From positions 1,056,001 through 1,120,000 of the forward strand of contig CP000070.1 of the NCBI GenBank assembly GCA_000002445.1: a DNA stretch of 64,000 nucleotides, written 5' to 3'. Made by a program: the position numbers and the translations under genes. Shown here piece by piece: positions 43,101 to 52,532 of the stretch. The notes under the pieces are model-generated. The model was not told the origin of the DNA. It did no database searches and saw nothing but the letters and a program-made list of their open reading frames with translations. This DNA is from Trypanosoma brucei (taxonomy: Eukaryota). Position 1 is the first letter of the stretch; every line of letters begins with the position of its first letter.

Positions 43101-46100
43101 AAGTACTCACAATAATAATCACAAAAATTTCGAAGGCAAAAATCAACCCCGTGGGCGGGCTCTCGAAATTTCCTCCAATGAGTCGCGTCCACTGTCTCAC
43201 ACAGGAAAAACAACTTGGGGCTCGAGAGACGAACAAATTTATCAGCACGAAAAGCAACAAACACTTAACACATCTACAAAGCGCCGATACGTCTCAACAC
43301 CGTCAGCTTCGCGGTGTTCATCAAGAGACATAGTAGCAGTCATCCAATCACCAAAACCAAGCAAGGCGGCCATCGACGCCATTGCACATCTCCAAAAGAA
43401 ACATGCCGAAGGAAAATCTCATCACCAACATTTAAAAAAGCAATACGAAGATACGTGTCTGTCTTTGGTGAAAACAGCAGCGGAATTTCAAGAGAACATA
43501 GCAAGACAAAAGATAGAACAGACCTGCTGGTCTGAACAGAACAAAATACTATTAGCGTTCATCAATACAACCGTGAGGGAGACACAGATATCGATGATGA
43601 AACAAAAAATCGAAAAGGAACGCACATTGACGGAGGAGGATTCCCGAAAATTAGCTACTGACCGTCGGGTGCTTGACTTATCTAAGGTGTATTTTGACTC
43701 ACTGAACGAGGTACGTGAATCCATGGCGGAACACTATGGTACTCTCATGTGTGAATGCAAAACAGTACTGAGTAATGCGAATGCTACAAGCTATGAAGCT
43801 CATCAGCAGTTGGCGGAGGAGATTCGTGCTCGTGAATTAGCTACTGACCGTCGGGTGCTTGACTTATCTAAGGTGTATTTTGACTCACTGAACGAGGTAC
43901 GTGAATCCATGGCGGAACACTATGGTACTCTCATGTGTGAATGCAAAACAGTACTGAGTAATGCGAATGCTACAAGCTATGAAGCTCATCAGCAGTTGGC
44001 GGAGGAGACTCGTGCTCGTGAATTAGCTACTGACCGTCGGGTGCTTGACTTATCTAAGGTGTATTTTGAGTCACTGAACGAGGTACGTGAATCCATGGCG
44101 GAACACTATGGTACTCTCATGTGTGAATGCAAAACAGTACTGAGTAATGCGAATGCTACAAGCTATGAGGCTCATCAGCAGTTGGCGGAGGAGACTCGTG
44201 CTCGTGAATTAGCTACTGACCGTCGGGTGCTTGACTTATCTAAGGTGTATTTTGACTCACTGAACGAGGTACGTGAGTCCATGGCGGAACACTATGATAC
44301 TCTCATGTGTGAATGCAAAACAGTATTGAGTAATGCGAATGCTACAAGCTATGAAGCTCATCAGCAGTTGGCGGAGGAGATTCGTGCTCGTGAATTAGCT
44401 ACTGACCGTCGGGTGCTTGACTTATCTAAGGTGTATTTTGACTCACTGAACGAGGTACGTGAATCCATGGCGGAACACTATGATACTCTCATGTGTGAAT
44501 GCAAAACAGTATTGAGTAATGCGAATGCTACAAGCTATGAGGCTCATCAGCAGTTGGCGGAGGAGACTCGTGCTCGTGAATTAGCTACTGACCGTCGGGT
44601 GCTTGACTTATCTAAGGTGTATTTTGACTCACTGAACGAGGTACGTGAGTCCATGGCGGAACACTATGATACTCTCATGTGTGAATGCAAAACAGTACTG
44701 AGTAATGCGAATGCTACAAGCTATGAAGCTCATCAGCAGTTGGCGGAGGAGACTCGTGCTCGTGAATTAGCTACTGACCGTCAGGTGCTTGACTTATCTA
44801 AGGTGTATTTTGACTCACTGAACGAGGTACGTGAATCCATGGCGGAACACTATGATACTCTCATGTGTGAATGCAAAACAGTATTGAGTAATGCGAATGC
44901 TACAAGCTATGAAGCTCATCAGCAGTTGGCGGAGGAGACTCGTGCTCGTGAATTAGCTACTGACCGTCGGGTGCTTGACTTATCTAAGGTGTATTTTGAC
45001 TCACTGAACGAGGTACGTGAATCCATGGCGGAACACTATGATACTCTCATGTGTGAATGCAAAACAGTATTGAGTAATGCGAATGCTACAAGCTATGAAG
45101 CTCATCAGCAGTTGGCGGAGGAGATTCGTGCTCGTGAATTAGCTACTGACCGTCGGGTGCTTGACTTATCTAAGGTGTATTTTGACTCACTGAACGAGGT
45201 ACGTGAATCCATGGCGGAACACTATGATACTCTCATGTGTGAATGCAAAACAGTATTGAGTAATGCGAATGCTACAAGCTATGAAGCTCATCAGCAGTTG
45301 GCGGAGGAGATTCGTGCTCGTGAATTAGCTACTGACCGTCGGGTGCTTGACTTATCTAAGGTGTATTTTGACTCACTGAACGAGGTACGTGAATCCATGG
45401 CGGAACACTATGGTACTCTCATGTGTGAATGCAAAACAGTACTGAGTAATGCGAATGCTACAAGCTATGAGGCTCATCAGCAGTTGGCGGAGGAGACTCG
45501 TGCTCGTGAATTAGCTACTGACCGTCGGGTGCTTGACTTATCTAAGGTGTATTTTGACTCACTGAACGAGGTACGTGAGTCCATGGCGGAACACTATGAT
45601 ACTCTCATGTGTGAATGCAAAACAGTACTGAGTAATGCGAATGCTACAAGCTATGAAGCTCATCAGCAGTTGGCGGAGGAGATTCGTGCTCGTGAATTAG
45701 CTACTGACCGTCGGGTGCTTGACTTATCTAAGGTGTATTTTGAGTCACTGAACGAGGTACGTGAATCCATGGCGGAACACTATGATACTCTCATGTGTGA
45801 ATGCAAAACAGTACTGAGTAATGCGAATGCTACAAGCTATGAAGCTCATCAGCAGTTGGCGGAGGAGATTCGTGCTCGTGAATTAGCTACTGACCGTCGG
45901 GTGCTTGACTTATCTAAGGTGTATTTTGACTCACTGAACGAGGTACGTGAATCCATGGCGGAACACTATGATACTCTCATGTGTGAATGCAAAACAGTAC
46001 TGAGTAATGCGAATGCTACAAGCTATGAAGCTCATCAGCAGTTGGCGGAGGAGATTCGTGCTCGTGAATTAGCTACTGACCGTCGGGTGCTTGACTTATC

Positions 46101-47388
46101 TAAGGTGTATTTTGAGTCACTGAACGAGGTACGTGAATCCATGGCGGAACACTATGGTACTCTCATGTGTGAATGCAAAACAGTATTGAGTAATGCGAAT
46201 GCTACAAGCTATGAAGCTCATCAGCAGTTGGCGGAGGAGACTCGTGCTCGTGAATTAGCTACTGACCGTCGGGTGCTTGACTTATCTAAGGTGTATTTTG
46301 AGTCACTGAACGAGGTACGTGAATCCATGGCGGAACACTATGATACTCTCATGTGTGAATGCAAAACAGTATTGAGTAATGCGAATGCTACAAGCTATGA
46401 AGCTCATCAGCAGTTGGCGGAGGAGACTCGTGCTCGTGAATTAGCTACTGACCGTCAGGTGCTTGACTTATCTAAGGTGTATTTTGAGTCACTGAACGAG
46501 GTACGTGAATCCATGGCGGAACACTATGGTACTCTCATGTGTGAATGCAAAACAGTACTGAGTAATGCGAATGCTACAAGCTATGAGGCTCATCAGCAGT
46601 TGGCGGAGGAGACTCGTGCTCGTGAATTAGCTACTGACCGTCGGGTGCTTGACTTATCTAAGGTGTATTTTGATTGTGCTGGGGTGCTATGTGACGCTGT
46701 TTTCAAAAAATGTATTTTTTTTGGTGGTGTAGTGTTTGATATTTGTCGTGATTGTTTGGTTCCTATGTCTATTTGTTCTTCCGTGTCGCTGGGCGGTGTT
46801 TATGCTTTGGGTGGCATTGATGGACTTGTGTACGAAATGGAATTGAGGAAACGGCGCATTGCAGAGTTGGAAGAATGTGTTCGGCAGAAGCACATTGTTA
46901 TCACATCACTAAAAGAGAGTATTGCCAACTTGTATGGCCTTTTGGAGGCACAGCGAGATCTTGGCATGGTCGCTCCACCTCCACCACCGTTAGTGTCGCG
47001 CGAGTTTGGTGTGCTGAACTCGAGTGCGAAAGAAGCCGTGGCATATGTGAACAGTGATGCATCTTTTTCTAGTACTTTTTTTGCATCACCATCTCGTGTT
47101 CTATCCCCTGGTGTTAATGACGGGGTGAAGTTGAAAGTGTGTCCCAGATCATTTGCTGATGAGGCTGTGTTATCAGCGGAGACAGTTGGGGGCGCTTTTA
47201 CTTCATCAAATGATCATCATGTTGCCGTTGGTGGGGTAGTTGGACACGAAGCTAATCGTACCGACCAAATTACGGATGAAGGTGAACGGTTGCAGGGCTG
47301 GAGCCTTCCTATTGATCGTAAGGAGATGCGACCAGTAAGTTGGTATTTGCAGTCTATCGCTGCCATTGAGAGTACGCTCAAGAAGTAG
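40162..47388 (+). CDS. very large repeat-containing protein, 2408 aa: about 1160-aa unique N-terminal region, 16 tandem 62-aa repeats, about 240-aa unique C-terminus
   Basis: ATG at 40162, preceded by a polypyrimidine tract at 40046..40097. Uninterrupted 7.2-kb ORF. Repeat unit ELATDRRVLDLSKVYFDSLNEVRESMAEHYGTLMCECKTVLSNANATSYEAHQQLAEEIRAR, predicted α-helical. Confidence 0.85.
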   Translation: MGNEPFLLFRGSELLPGFPSSRPEGNLAQPDEGDVERLPTHLIPIEPLTHSVVRVVCHSSTRAGMSTPLAQMCALTDVRRLLEEERDKCVETARSWEGLCALHSHYPHDHATGCMPIANEELDCVASSLSLDESFVKEVLRSKLWRVKGNAESADGKVEPDLKRLKIVVSDLCQLLWHHRDGEGSISTDGVAVPDSSERCEVVRREKRKASKVEAKSVLSIIAGLTKDSLDELTASHGSVEPLLVGLVFSEVSEETCNHSGGETVGTLVGDDLLRLFDKKVEATVENKDGYGDTVDFSARVLLLNAVMERKNMKNMAHASPMWSALLSVVNFVYVTGDPATVRYVAQLINHVQCLTQQVTAEPAPRPHSKVDISLFYTPLMGVENEEGLYPSGARCVSNLKTALSEAVVGVANKKRWKPEAFSPGGSGGFQDLLQWSLMLEHVWHHCGSAPCHKVSRGIEQWIGMAVETAADIFASTAEALLLSMYVMEPLPPVCLPVADNTETAVKSVAGSPGFSVGDVLLSAHRVSLLVFGAVVGPCASDNPLLRREALEDLYGAHLKASEAVRGRLERFCARQAERTVDASPALKNLEKYQSQWSKTVELEQGKKGDSLARILYVCMEGMHHILSTPLIKHCDVPYDLGENAIAGVDGWRCSGATTSCVGRTTTNCGYGAKVNQRCQVTESPITSSWASAAKSSAICNFTMQRLLPMLLHSLGQQPVVLNGNSIVNVGTRRAVQSWEDQRMQLEGRCRAAEAMIEHQRCVIGEIRNQRSALGNRLREAQRCMRKLVMMCVGYEEGHASYAQKLAFRLKYSLEEDITSIFVPIEVKPVAGSDAWDGGETSQQSSPSPLVCGEASMVAPLAGRDDLRRLMFRDAQMQLDACHNVVRCVCQEARENLNTLSAAMMECSISYGNVSPNESLRAMFSTSLYGTRTNEPSGGYMPPTGDQECDCDGSNQGDMYQKDDSKHTYPSTIIKVPLGLSTHNNNHKNFEGKNQPRGRALEISSNESRPLSHTGKTTWGSRDEQIYQHEKQQTLNTSTKRRYVSTPSASRCSSRDIVAVIQSPKPSKAAIDAIAHLQKKHAEGKSHHQHLKKQYEDTCLSLVKTAAEFQENIARQKIEQTCWSEQNKILLAFINTTVRETQISMMKQKIEKERTLTEEDSRKLATDRRVLDLSKVYFDSLNEVRESMAEHYGTLMCECKTVLSNANATSYEAHQQLAEEIRARELATDRRVLDLSKVYFDSLNEVRESMAEHYGTLMCECKTVLSNANATSYEAHQQLAEETRARELATDRRVLDLSKVYFESLNEVRESMAEHYGTLMCECKTVLSNANATSYEAHQQLAEETRARELATDRRVLDLSKVYFDSLNEVRESMAEHYDTLMCECKTVLSNANATSYEAHQQLAEEIRARELATDRRVLDLSKVYFDSLNEVRESMAEHYDTLMCECKTVLSNANATSYEAHQQLAEETRARELATDRRVLDLSKVYFDSLNEVRESMAEHYDTLMCECKTVLSNANATSYEAHQQLAEETRARELATDRQVLDLSKVYFDSLNEVRESMAEHYDTLMCECKTVLSNANATSYEAHQQLAEETRARELATDRRVLDLSKVYFDSLNEVRESMAEHYDTLMCECKTVLSNANATSYEAHQQLAEEIRARELATDRRVLDLSKVYFDSLNEVRESMAEHYDTLMCECKTVLSNANATSYEAHQQLAEEIRARELATDRRVLDLSKVYFDSLNEVRESMAEHYGTLMCECKTVLSNANATSYEAHQQLAEETRARELATDRRVLDLSKVYFDSLNEVRESMAEHYDTLMCECKTVLSNANATSYEAHQQLAEEIRARELATDRRVLDLSKVYFESLNEVRESMAEHYDTLMCECKTVLSNANATSYEAHQQLAEEIRARELATDRRVLDLSKVYFDSLNEVRESMAEHYDTLMCECKTVLSNANATSYEAHQQLAEEIRARELATDRRVLDLSKVYFESLNEVRESMAEHYGTLMCECKTVLSNANATSYEAHQQLAEETRARELATDRRVLDLSKVYFESLNEVRESMAEHYDTLMCECKTVLSNANATSYEAHQQLAEETRARELATDRQVLDLSKVYFESLNEVRESMAEHYGTLMCECKTVLSNANATSYEAHQQLAEETRARELATDRRVLDLSKVYFDCAGVLCDAVFKKCIFFGGVVFDICRDCLVPMSICSSVSLGGVYALGGIDGLVYEMELRKRRIAELEECVRQKHIVITSLKESIANLYGLLEAQRDLGMVAPPPPPLVSREFGVLNSSAKEAVAYVNSDASFSSTFFASPSRVLSPGVNDGVKLKVCPRSFADEAVLSAETVGGAFTSSNDHHVAVGGVVGHEANRTDQITDEGERLQGWSLPIDRKEMRPVSWYLQSIAAIESTLKK
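43651..46672 (+). repeat. 186-bp near-perfect tandem repeat array, 16 full units plus about 46 bp of a 17th, entirely in-frame within the giant CDS
   Basis: The ttagctactgaccgtcgggtgc unit start recurs at 43651, 43837, 44023 … 46627, period exactly 186 bp. Units differ only at a few sites (GAC/GAG, GGT/GAT, ATT/ACT, CGG/CAG, CTG/TTG, GAA/GAG). Confidence 0.95.
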
Positions 47389-47800
47389 TGTGTTTTTTGA
47401 GCGTTTTACTACGTTGATAAGGATGTTGTCCGACTGCATATTTACGGTGAATAGTGTACATTTACAGGGGGTTTGTATATTTTTCTGTACGGCAATCGTG
47501 AGTTTGAGAGTGAAATTTTTATTTTTATGGATAGTGCTGGTGGGTAATTGTCGTTGCTGCAATAAGACATGTTTTAGCGGAACGATTGTTTCCCTACCTT
47601 CTATTACCCCTACCCTTGTTTTTGTTCCTCTCTGACCCTTTTGTCTAACGGAAGTACGTTGTCGTCAGAAGGAAAAACCTCCCCGAGGTAGAGAGTGCCG
47701 AAAAAGTGCAAGAAGGTGGCAGTCGCACTGTGTAACATATCGGAGAGAGAAAGGGAGCAATAAAGGCTCAGCGCGTGAAGGGGCCGAAAGGGAGGACACA

Positions 47801-48367
47801 ATGCCCTCACTAGCGAACGGGTTGCGTTGCCCGGATGCGCTCATCACCCGGACGTTGAATCCGCTACTCAATGGACCGAAGTTTGCGGTAATATACTGTG
47901 GAAATCACCAGTACAAAGTTGCGGTAGGCGATGTCATTGCGGTTCAGCGGCTTCGGGTCGAAATAGGAAGTCATATTGCTCTTAAAAAGGTGCTGATGGT
48001 AGGTGGCCCGCGCTTCACGGCTATCGGCCGTCCTCTTCTTGAAGGTGTACGGGTAACCGCACAGGTGGAGGAGCAAAAGCGGATGCGCAATGTGGTTTCG
48101 TTATTTGCCACGCCAGGTAGGCGACATGTGCGGTGGGTGGATGCACCTCATGCTGCAACAGTTATTCGCATTTGTGAAATATTTTACTCTCCCAATGTGG
48201 TTGGTGAGTTGGATAAGTACAAGGGCGAGTTGTTGGAAACGTTTACACCAGGTCAGCACACGAACCCAGTGTACCCCGTTGATGATGGCTATGACGTGTT
48301 TAGGAAGAAAGATAAGGAGGCCATGGAGAATGCCACCACCTTTCTCGACCTTTTGGGTGGTGTGTGA
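47801..48367 (+). CDS. mitochondrial ribosomal protein bL21m (bacterial L21 family), 188 aa
   Basis: ATG at 47801. FAVIYCGNHQYKVAVGDVIAVQRLRVEIGSHIALKKVLMVGG…RVTAQVEEQKRMRNVVSLF…HAATVIRI parallels bacterial bL21 (YAVIxTGGKQYKVxxGDxIxVEKL…VxAxVxxHGRGxKVxxFK…TxVxI). An N-terminal extension is consistent with a mitochondrial targeting sequence. Confidence 0.7.
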   Translation: MPSLANGLRCPDALITRTLNPLLNGPKFAVIYCGNHQYKVAVGDVIAVQRLRVEIGSHIALKKVLMVGGPRFTAIGRPLLEGVRVTAQVEEQKRMRNVVSLFATPGRRHVRWVDAPHAATVIRICEIFYSPNVVGELDKYKGELLETFTPGQHTNPVYPVDDGYDVFRKKDKEAMENATTFLDLLGGV

Positions 48368-48776
48368 AGGGATGTGCGAGGAGATTAAAGGAAGACGGGC
48401 AAACGGTTGCGTGTTGGTCACACACTACGGCGGCGGAGTTCAAGTTCAGTGGTGCCACTATTGTGTGTGTGTGTGTGTGCTGAGAAGGAGAACTATATAG
48501 AGCAGTATCTCCACTTTACGTGTGTTACTTCCATGGAACGGAGGTCGGGTCTGTTTGATGGTCCCTTTTGAGAGCGCGGCTTGCTGGGCTCATCCACACG
48601 TGCCTACTTTTTCTTTTTTGTGCGCATGCAGTACTTATATTCTGCGATTTATTTATTTTCTTCCAGTGCTTCCACCTACTTTGCCGTGCTTTCTACACAA
48701 CGTACACATGCTATTTTTGTGAGTGGTGGTAACTTAGCACACGTTTTTTTTCGACCTAGTCCGGTCACCCCACAGG

Positions 48777-51700
48777 ATGGTCGTTCATCTTACCCCACTA
48801 AAACGTCCGCAGTTACTCGACTTGTGTGGGCTTACGGGGTCGGTGTTGCGCGCTGTTGCCGCGTCTGCTCAAATCAACGGGTCGGCGAATTGTCCGCCCA
48901 GCAGTGAAAGTAGCAATGGCAACCATCATCCCCACCCTAACGGACACAGTGGTGATGATGGTATTACTAGTAATAAGGAGCACATTGGTGGTGATCGGAG
49001 CGGAAAACATTCCCGGTGTGAACATCCGCTAATGTGCGGAACGTTTTGTGACGTTTTGGAGGACCCGTACACGAAAGATACATGGAGACTGCACGATAAA
49101 ATGCTGTATTTGGTGTGGTGGTCGCACCGTCCAACTTCTTGTACCAACTGCGGTACGCAAGATGCATGGCTGCCGTCAGAAGATAGTGAGTTGAAATGCT
49201 GGAACTGCGGAACCGGCGCGGGCACTACCGCTGATCATGACATTGTTGAGGAAAGGTTTGATGAGGCGAATATGAGCGAGGAGGAGGAGGGGGGTCCGGA
49301 CCGCAGCATGGTGGAGGGTGAAACAAGTGGTGGTTTTGCCACGGGGGACAACAATGCTGTGGTTGCAACTGGCGGTAGTGCCGTCTCTCTGTACTCATTT
49401 TTCTATGAATGGATATCAGTTTTGCAGTCAACGAAGCAGCTCTCGGGCATACGACTCCCTAAAGGTGAATGTCTTTCGCAGGTATTGCGGGCGGCGTACG
49501 ACCTGGCCATGCTGTTCGTGCTCCCGGGGACGCCCGGGTCGGGAGCAATGGCGATGTGGGGAGGGGCGCTCTTTTTGAGTTTGACCTTGTACCGGTATGC
49601 TGTGCCGTTTCCCCTCTTTCAGTTAGGTGGACAGTTATACGATCTGAGGGAATCCCCAAAAGCTTCTTCTGATAACCGTGAGCGGATTGAAAACTTGCAA
49701 TGGGTTGACGTGGAGTTGCTCTCATCTCTAATCGGGGTTGTGCTTCCCGATTTCTTTGAGTCGTGTAGCGTTGGAGAGCAGTACATGTGTAACGTGATGA
49801 CGGTAACAGCACAGTTCGGCGTTCCTAGCTGTATTTGGCATCCCCGTCGCATTTCGTGGTATCAAGATTCCATCCTGCTGATGAAAAAACGTAGGCGGCT
49901 ACCCACACAAACTCATGGCACGCCATTTCCTAGCGAAATTTCACCTGAACACACGGCGATGATAGCCCTACTTGAGTTGGCTCGATTGTTTGATTCTAAA
50001 CCGTCAAGTGCCAGTGTGTCCGCGCGTGTTGGTAAGTGGTTGGACGAGAATGGGCTGTATCCGCAGCGTACCTCTTATCGATCGAAAGAATGTGGTGATG
50101 AAAACTTGAATGATGACAATCAACAGCCGAATGCAGCAGAAGCAGCGGGTAACGCCTCTATACCTGCAGCCGAAGAGGATACTGCGTGGGCATGTGGCTC
50201 ACTTACTACTACGAGTTCTCCGTTTGCCGGAGCTATGCACCACGTTTTACAATCCCCATGTGCCAATGCACTTCTCTACATGTTCGCTGAGGTGTTTTCA
50301 ATCCCTGCGCTTGAGTTAGCTGATATGGCAAGTAGTAGTGGAATGTACGGAGGCCCTGTGCGCACCTTTGAGGTGCTGCGAGACTCTGCATGCTCGGGGA
50401 ATTATGGCTTAGTGCCTCTGTCACGGAGAATTTCCCCGATAGTTTCCCCTTGGACAAGTGTATATTTTGCCATACACTCCAACGATCGCCTACCATTTCT
50501 TGCAGCACTGCAGCACGTTCGAAGTGCGACATCGCGTGAAAAAGAAATTCACTTTGTCCGACTCATTCAGGCCATTCTGCGCAAACACCAAAGCACGCGG
50601 CGTTATCAATTTAACTATACCATAAATGTGAAGAGTGAGAAGTCAATGTCACAAATCGACGGAACTTATTTTCTTTGCTATGTCGCAGAGCAGTTTGCCG
50701 TCTTCGCGGCCATTGGTTCCGCCCAGAGGACTTTAACCTTTGACAGCACGAACAAAAGCATAACGTTTAACTCCCCTCAACTCCGTGACGTGGAGGTGGA
50801 GCTTATTCCTGAGAAACGAATGTCCTCTAGTGCTAAAAGTGAGAAACCACATGAGGAGGCGTCACAGGCTTCGGTGGGGCAATCGCCGCATTTCCGTGGC
50901 CATCACCATGACAAATTTCAAAACAATCAATATCAATCGCTGCCGGGCGCCGCGCGTCCACAGTCGCAACGGGATGCCCATCGTATCCATATTAAATTCA
51001 GTGGCCCTGTTATAGCGAACGTGGAAAGCAGCAGCGCTAAGTGTGTGATTGATTGCGCGCGGCAAGACTTGGGTTCTGTGCAATGGCAGTCAGTGGTTCG
51101 GCGGCTGGAGCGCTGTGGGCGTATTCGCAGACGCATGAGGGTTCCGATGCTCGCGTCGCGCCTGGACGCGTTAGCTTCCGTCCGGGAGTCGACGGCGATG
51201 ACATCACATCCCATGAACGGTTCTTCCACACTCGGGTGGAGAGATACAGAGAGCCTCTTTGGATCAACACACCACATGTTGTACGTGTCGCAGAAGTACA
51301 CGGCTACAACACTTAGGCGCGAGGTGCAACAGGATGTGTTGTCATTACTGAGACCGTCGCTTGTCTTTGGAATGTCAGAAAGTCGTGTTGTCACAATGTA
51401 TGCTGCCCTCATCGCTTTGTTGGAAATCACTGACAGACAACTGGGATCTCAGGCTCGTACGTCACCGCGTGTGCCTGGAGGACCGCCAGCGCGCACGTGG
51501 TTAGATGAATTACTGAGCAAGGAAGAGTGGAACTTTGATGACAGGCCTACGCAGAAAACGTTAAATGATACGCCTTCGCCGCCATATCCCAACCGAGATA
51601 CCAACGGAGGAGGGGACGCGATGGTGCTCCCTGCTTCAACAGCAGCCGTCCAGAGGGAACAACAGGACGCAAAGCACCGTAACTCTTCTGACGGACAACA

Positions 51701-52532
51701 AAGGTGTCCAAACGGTTCGCGCCATTCGACGCAATGCAACGCAACTACAGAAGCCTTTCCAAGCTATGAGGAGGTATTAATGGGACGTGTCAAAATGATC
51801 ACTAACGGTGCTGGAGGTCGAAACTCGGGGACGCGGTTCCTGCGGTTTACGAAGTCTCAGAAGCAGCGACGACCCTGCACTGAGGGTAGCGCGGGTGGTG
51901 TTAGCGTCGATAATCCTTCAGCATCAGCTGTTGACGACCCGTCAAATCTCAACTTCACTTCGTTTAACCTGTTTAAAGCGGAGATATGTAGGAGACGGCT
52001 CTACCGACTTCTCTGTTTTATTGACGAGTACAAAAGGAAAGGACATGCAGAACTCAAGCGGCCACCGCACGAAATACGAGCAGACACGCACATGGCAGTG
52101 AAAGCAGAGGATCATAAGGCTTTCAAGAGAGAGGATTCACCTCCGCTATATTCCGCGCAGACTCCTAACGTGTGCGCTAATCGCTCTCCAAGGCACAGTT
52201 TTACATCTGCTCGCAAAAGTAACACTCCATTACTGGGGCCTCAGCCAAATAAAACGACCCCAACAACACCTCCACGACACGCGACATCTCCCATTGTGGA
52301 GCCAATAAAACTACCACCTCAGGCAGAACAATCCGTGTGGGGTTGTCGCAGCTCCGGATCTTCCGGTCACCGCAACGGTGATAACACAAACCATACCCAC
52401 AATCGCATTTATCACACTGGTGTGGGTGACAGGCCACCCCAATCCCGCGCCTCCAGCAACGACGGAGGTTCAATTGAAAACAGGAAACCTATGGGTGAGT
52501 GGTCTTCTAAGAAATTTCGGCGGACGAAATGA
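48777..52532 (+). CDS. hypothetical protein, 1251 aa, with N-terminal Cys-rich segment (CTNCG…CWNCG) resembling a zinc ribbon
   Basis: ATG at 48777 directly after ccccacAG. Polypyrimidine tract 48741..48776. Long uninterrupted ORF. No other recognisable domain. Confidence 0.65.
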   Translation: MVVHLTPLKRPQLLDLCGLTGSVLRAVAASAQINGSANCPPSSESSNGNHHPHPNGHSGDDGITSNKEHIGGDRSGKHSRCEHPLMCGTFCDVLEDPYTKDTWRLHDKMLYLVWWSHRPTSCTNCGTQDAWLPSEDSELKCWNCGTGAGTTADHDIVEERFDEANMSEEEEGGPDRSMVEGETSGGFATGDNNAVVATGGSAVSLYSFFYEWISVLQSTKQLSGIRLPKGECLSQVLRAAYDLAMLFVLPGTPGSGAMAMWGGALFLSLTLYRYAVPFPLFQLGGQLYDLRESPKASSDNRERIENLQWVDVELLSSLIGVVLPDFFESCSVGEQYMCNVMTVTAQFGVPSCIWHPRRISWYQDSILLMKKRRRLPTQTHGTPFPSEISPEHTAMIALLELARLFDSKPSSASVSARVGKWLDENGLYPQRTSYRSKECGDENLNDDNQQPNAAEAAGNASIPAAEEDTAWACGSLTTTSSPFAGAMHHVLQSPCANALLYMFAEVFSIPALELADMASSSGMYGGPVRTFEVLRDSACSGNYGLVPLSRRISPIVSPWTSVYFAIHSNDRLPFLAALQHVRSATSREKEIHFVRLIQAILRKHQSTRRYQFNYTINVKSEKSMSQIDGTYFLCYVAEQFAVFAAIGSAQRTLTFDSTNKSITFNSPQLRDVEVELIPEKRMSSSAKSEKPHEEASQASVGQSPHFRGHHHDKFQNNQYQSLPGAARPQSQRDAHRIHIKFSGPVIANVESSSAKCVIDCARQDLGSVQWQSVVRRLERCGRIRRRMRVPMLASRLDALASVRESTAMTSHPMNGSSTLGWRDTESLFGSTHHMLYVSQKYTATTLRREVQQDVLSLLRPSLVFGMSESRVVTMYAALIALLEITDRQLGSQARTSPRVPGGPPARTWLDELLSKEEWNFDDRPTQKTLNDTPSPPYPNRDTNGGGDAMVLPASTAAVQREQQDAKHRNSSDGQQRCPNGSRHSTQCNATTEAFPSYEEVLMGRVKMITNGAGGRNSGTRFLRFTKSQKQRRPCTEGSAGGVSVDNPSASAVDDPSNLNFTSFNLFKAEICRRRLYRLLCFIDEYKRKGHAELKRPPHEIRADTHMAVKAEDHKAFKREDSPPLYSAQTPNVCANRSPRHSFTSARKSNTPLLGPQPNKTTPTTPPRHATSPIVEPIKLPPQAEQSVWGCRSSGSSGHRNGDNTNHTHNRIYHTGVGDRPPQSRASSNDGGSIENRKPMGEWSSKKFRRTK

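Noticed and set aside
43651-46672. Regularly spaced direct repeats that might superficially suggest a CRISPR-like array
   Set aside because: The 186-bp units are contiguous with no unique spacers. They are in-frame inside a 7.2-kb eukaryotic ORF, and the organism is a kinetoplastid. This is a coding tandem repeat, not a CRISPR.
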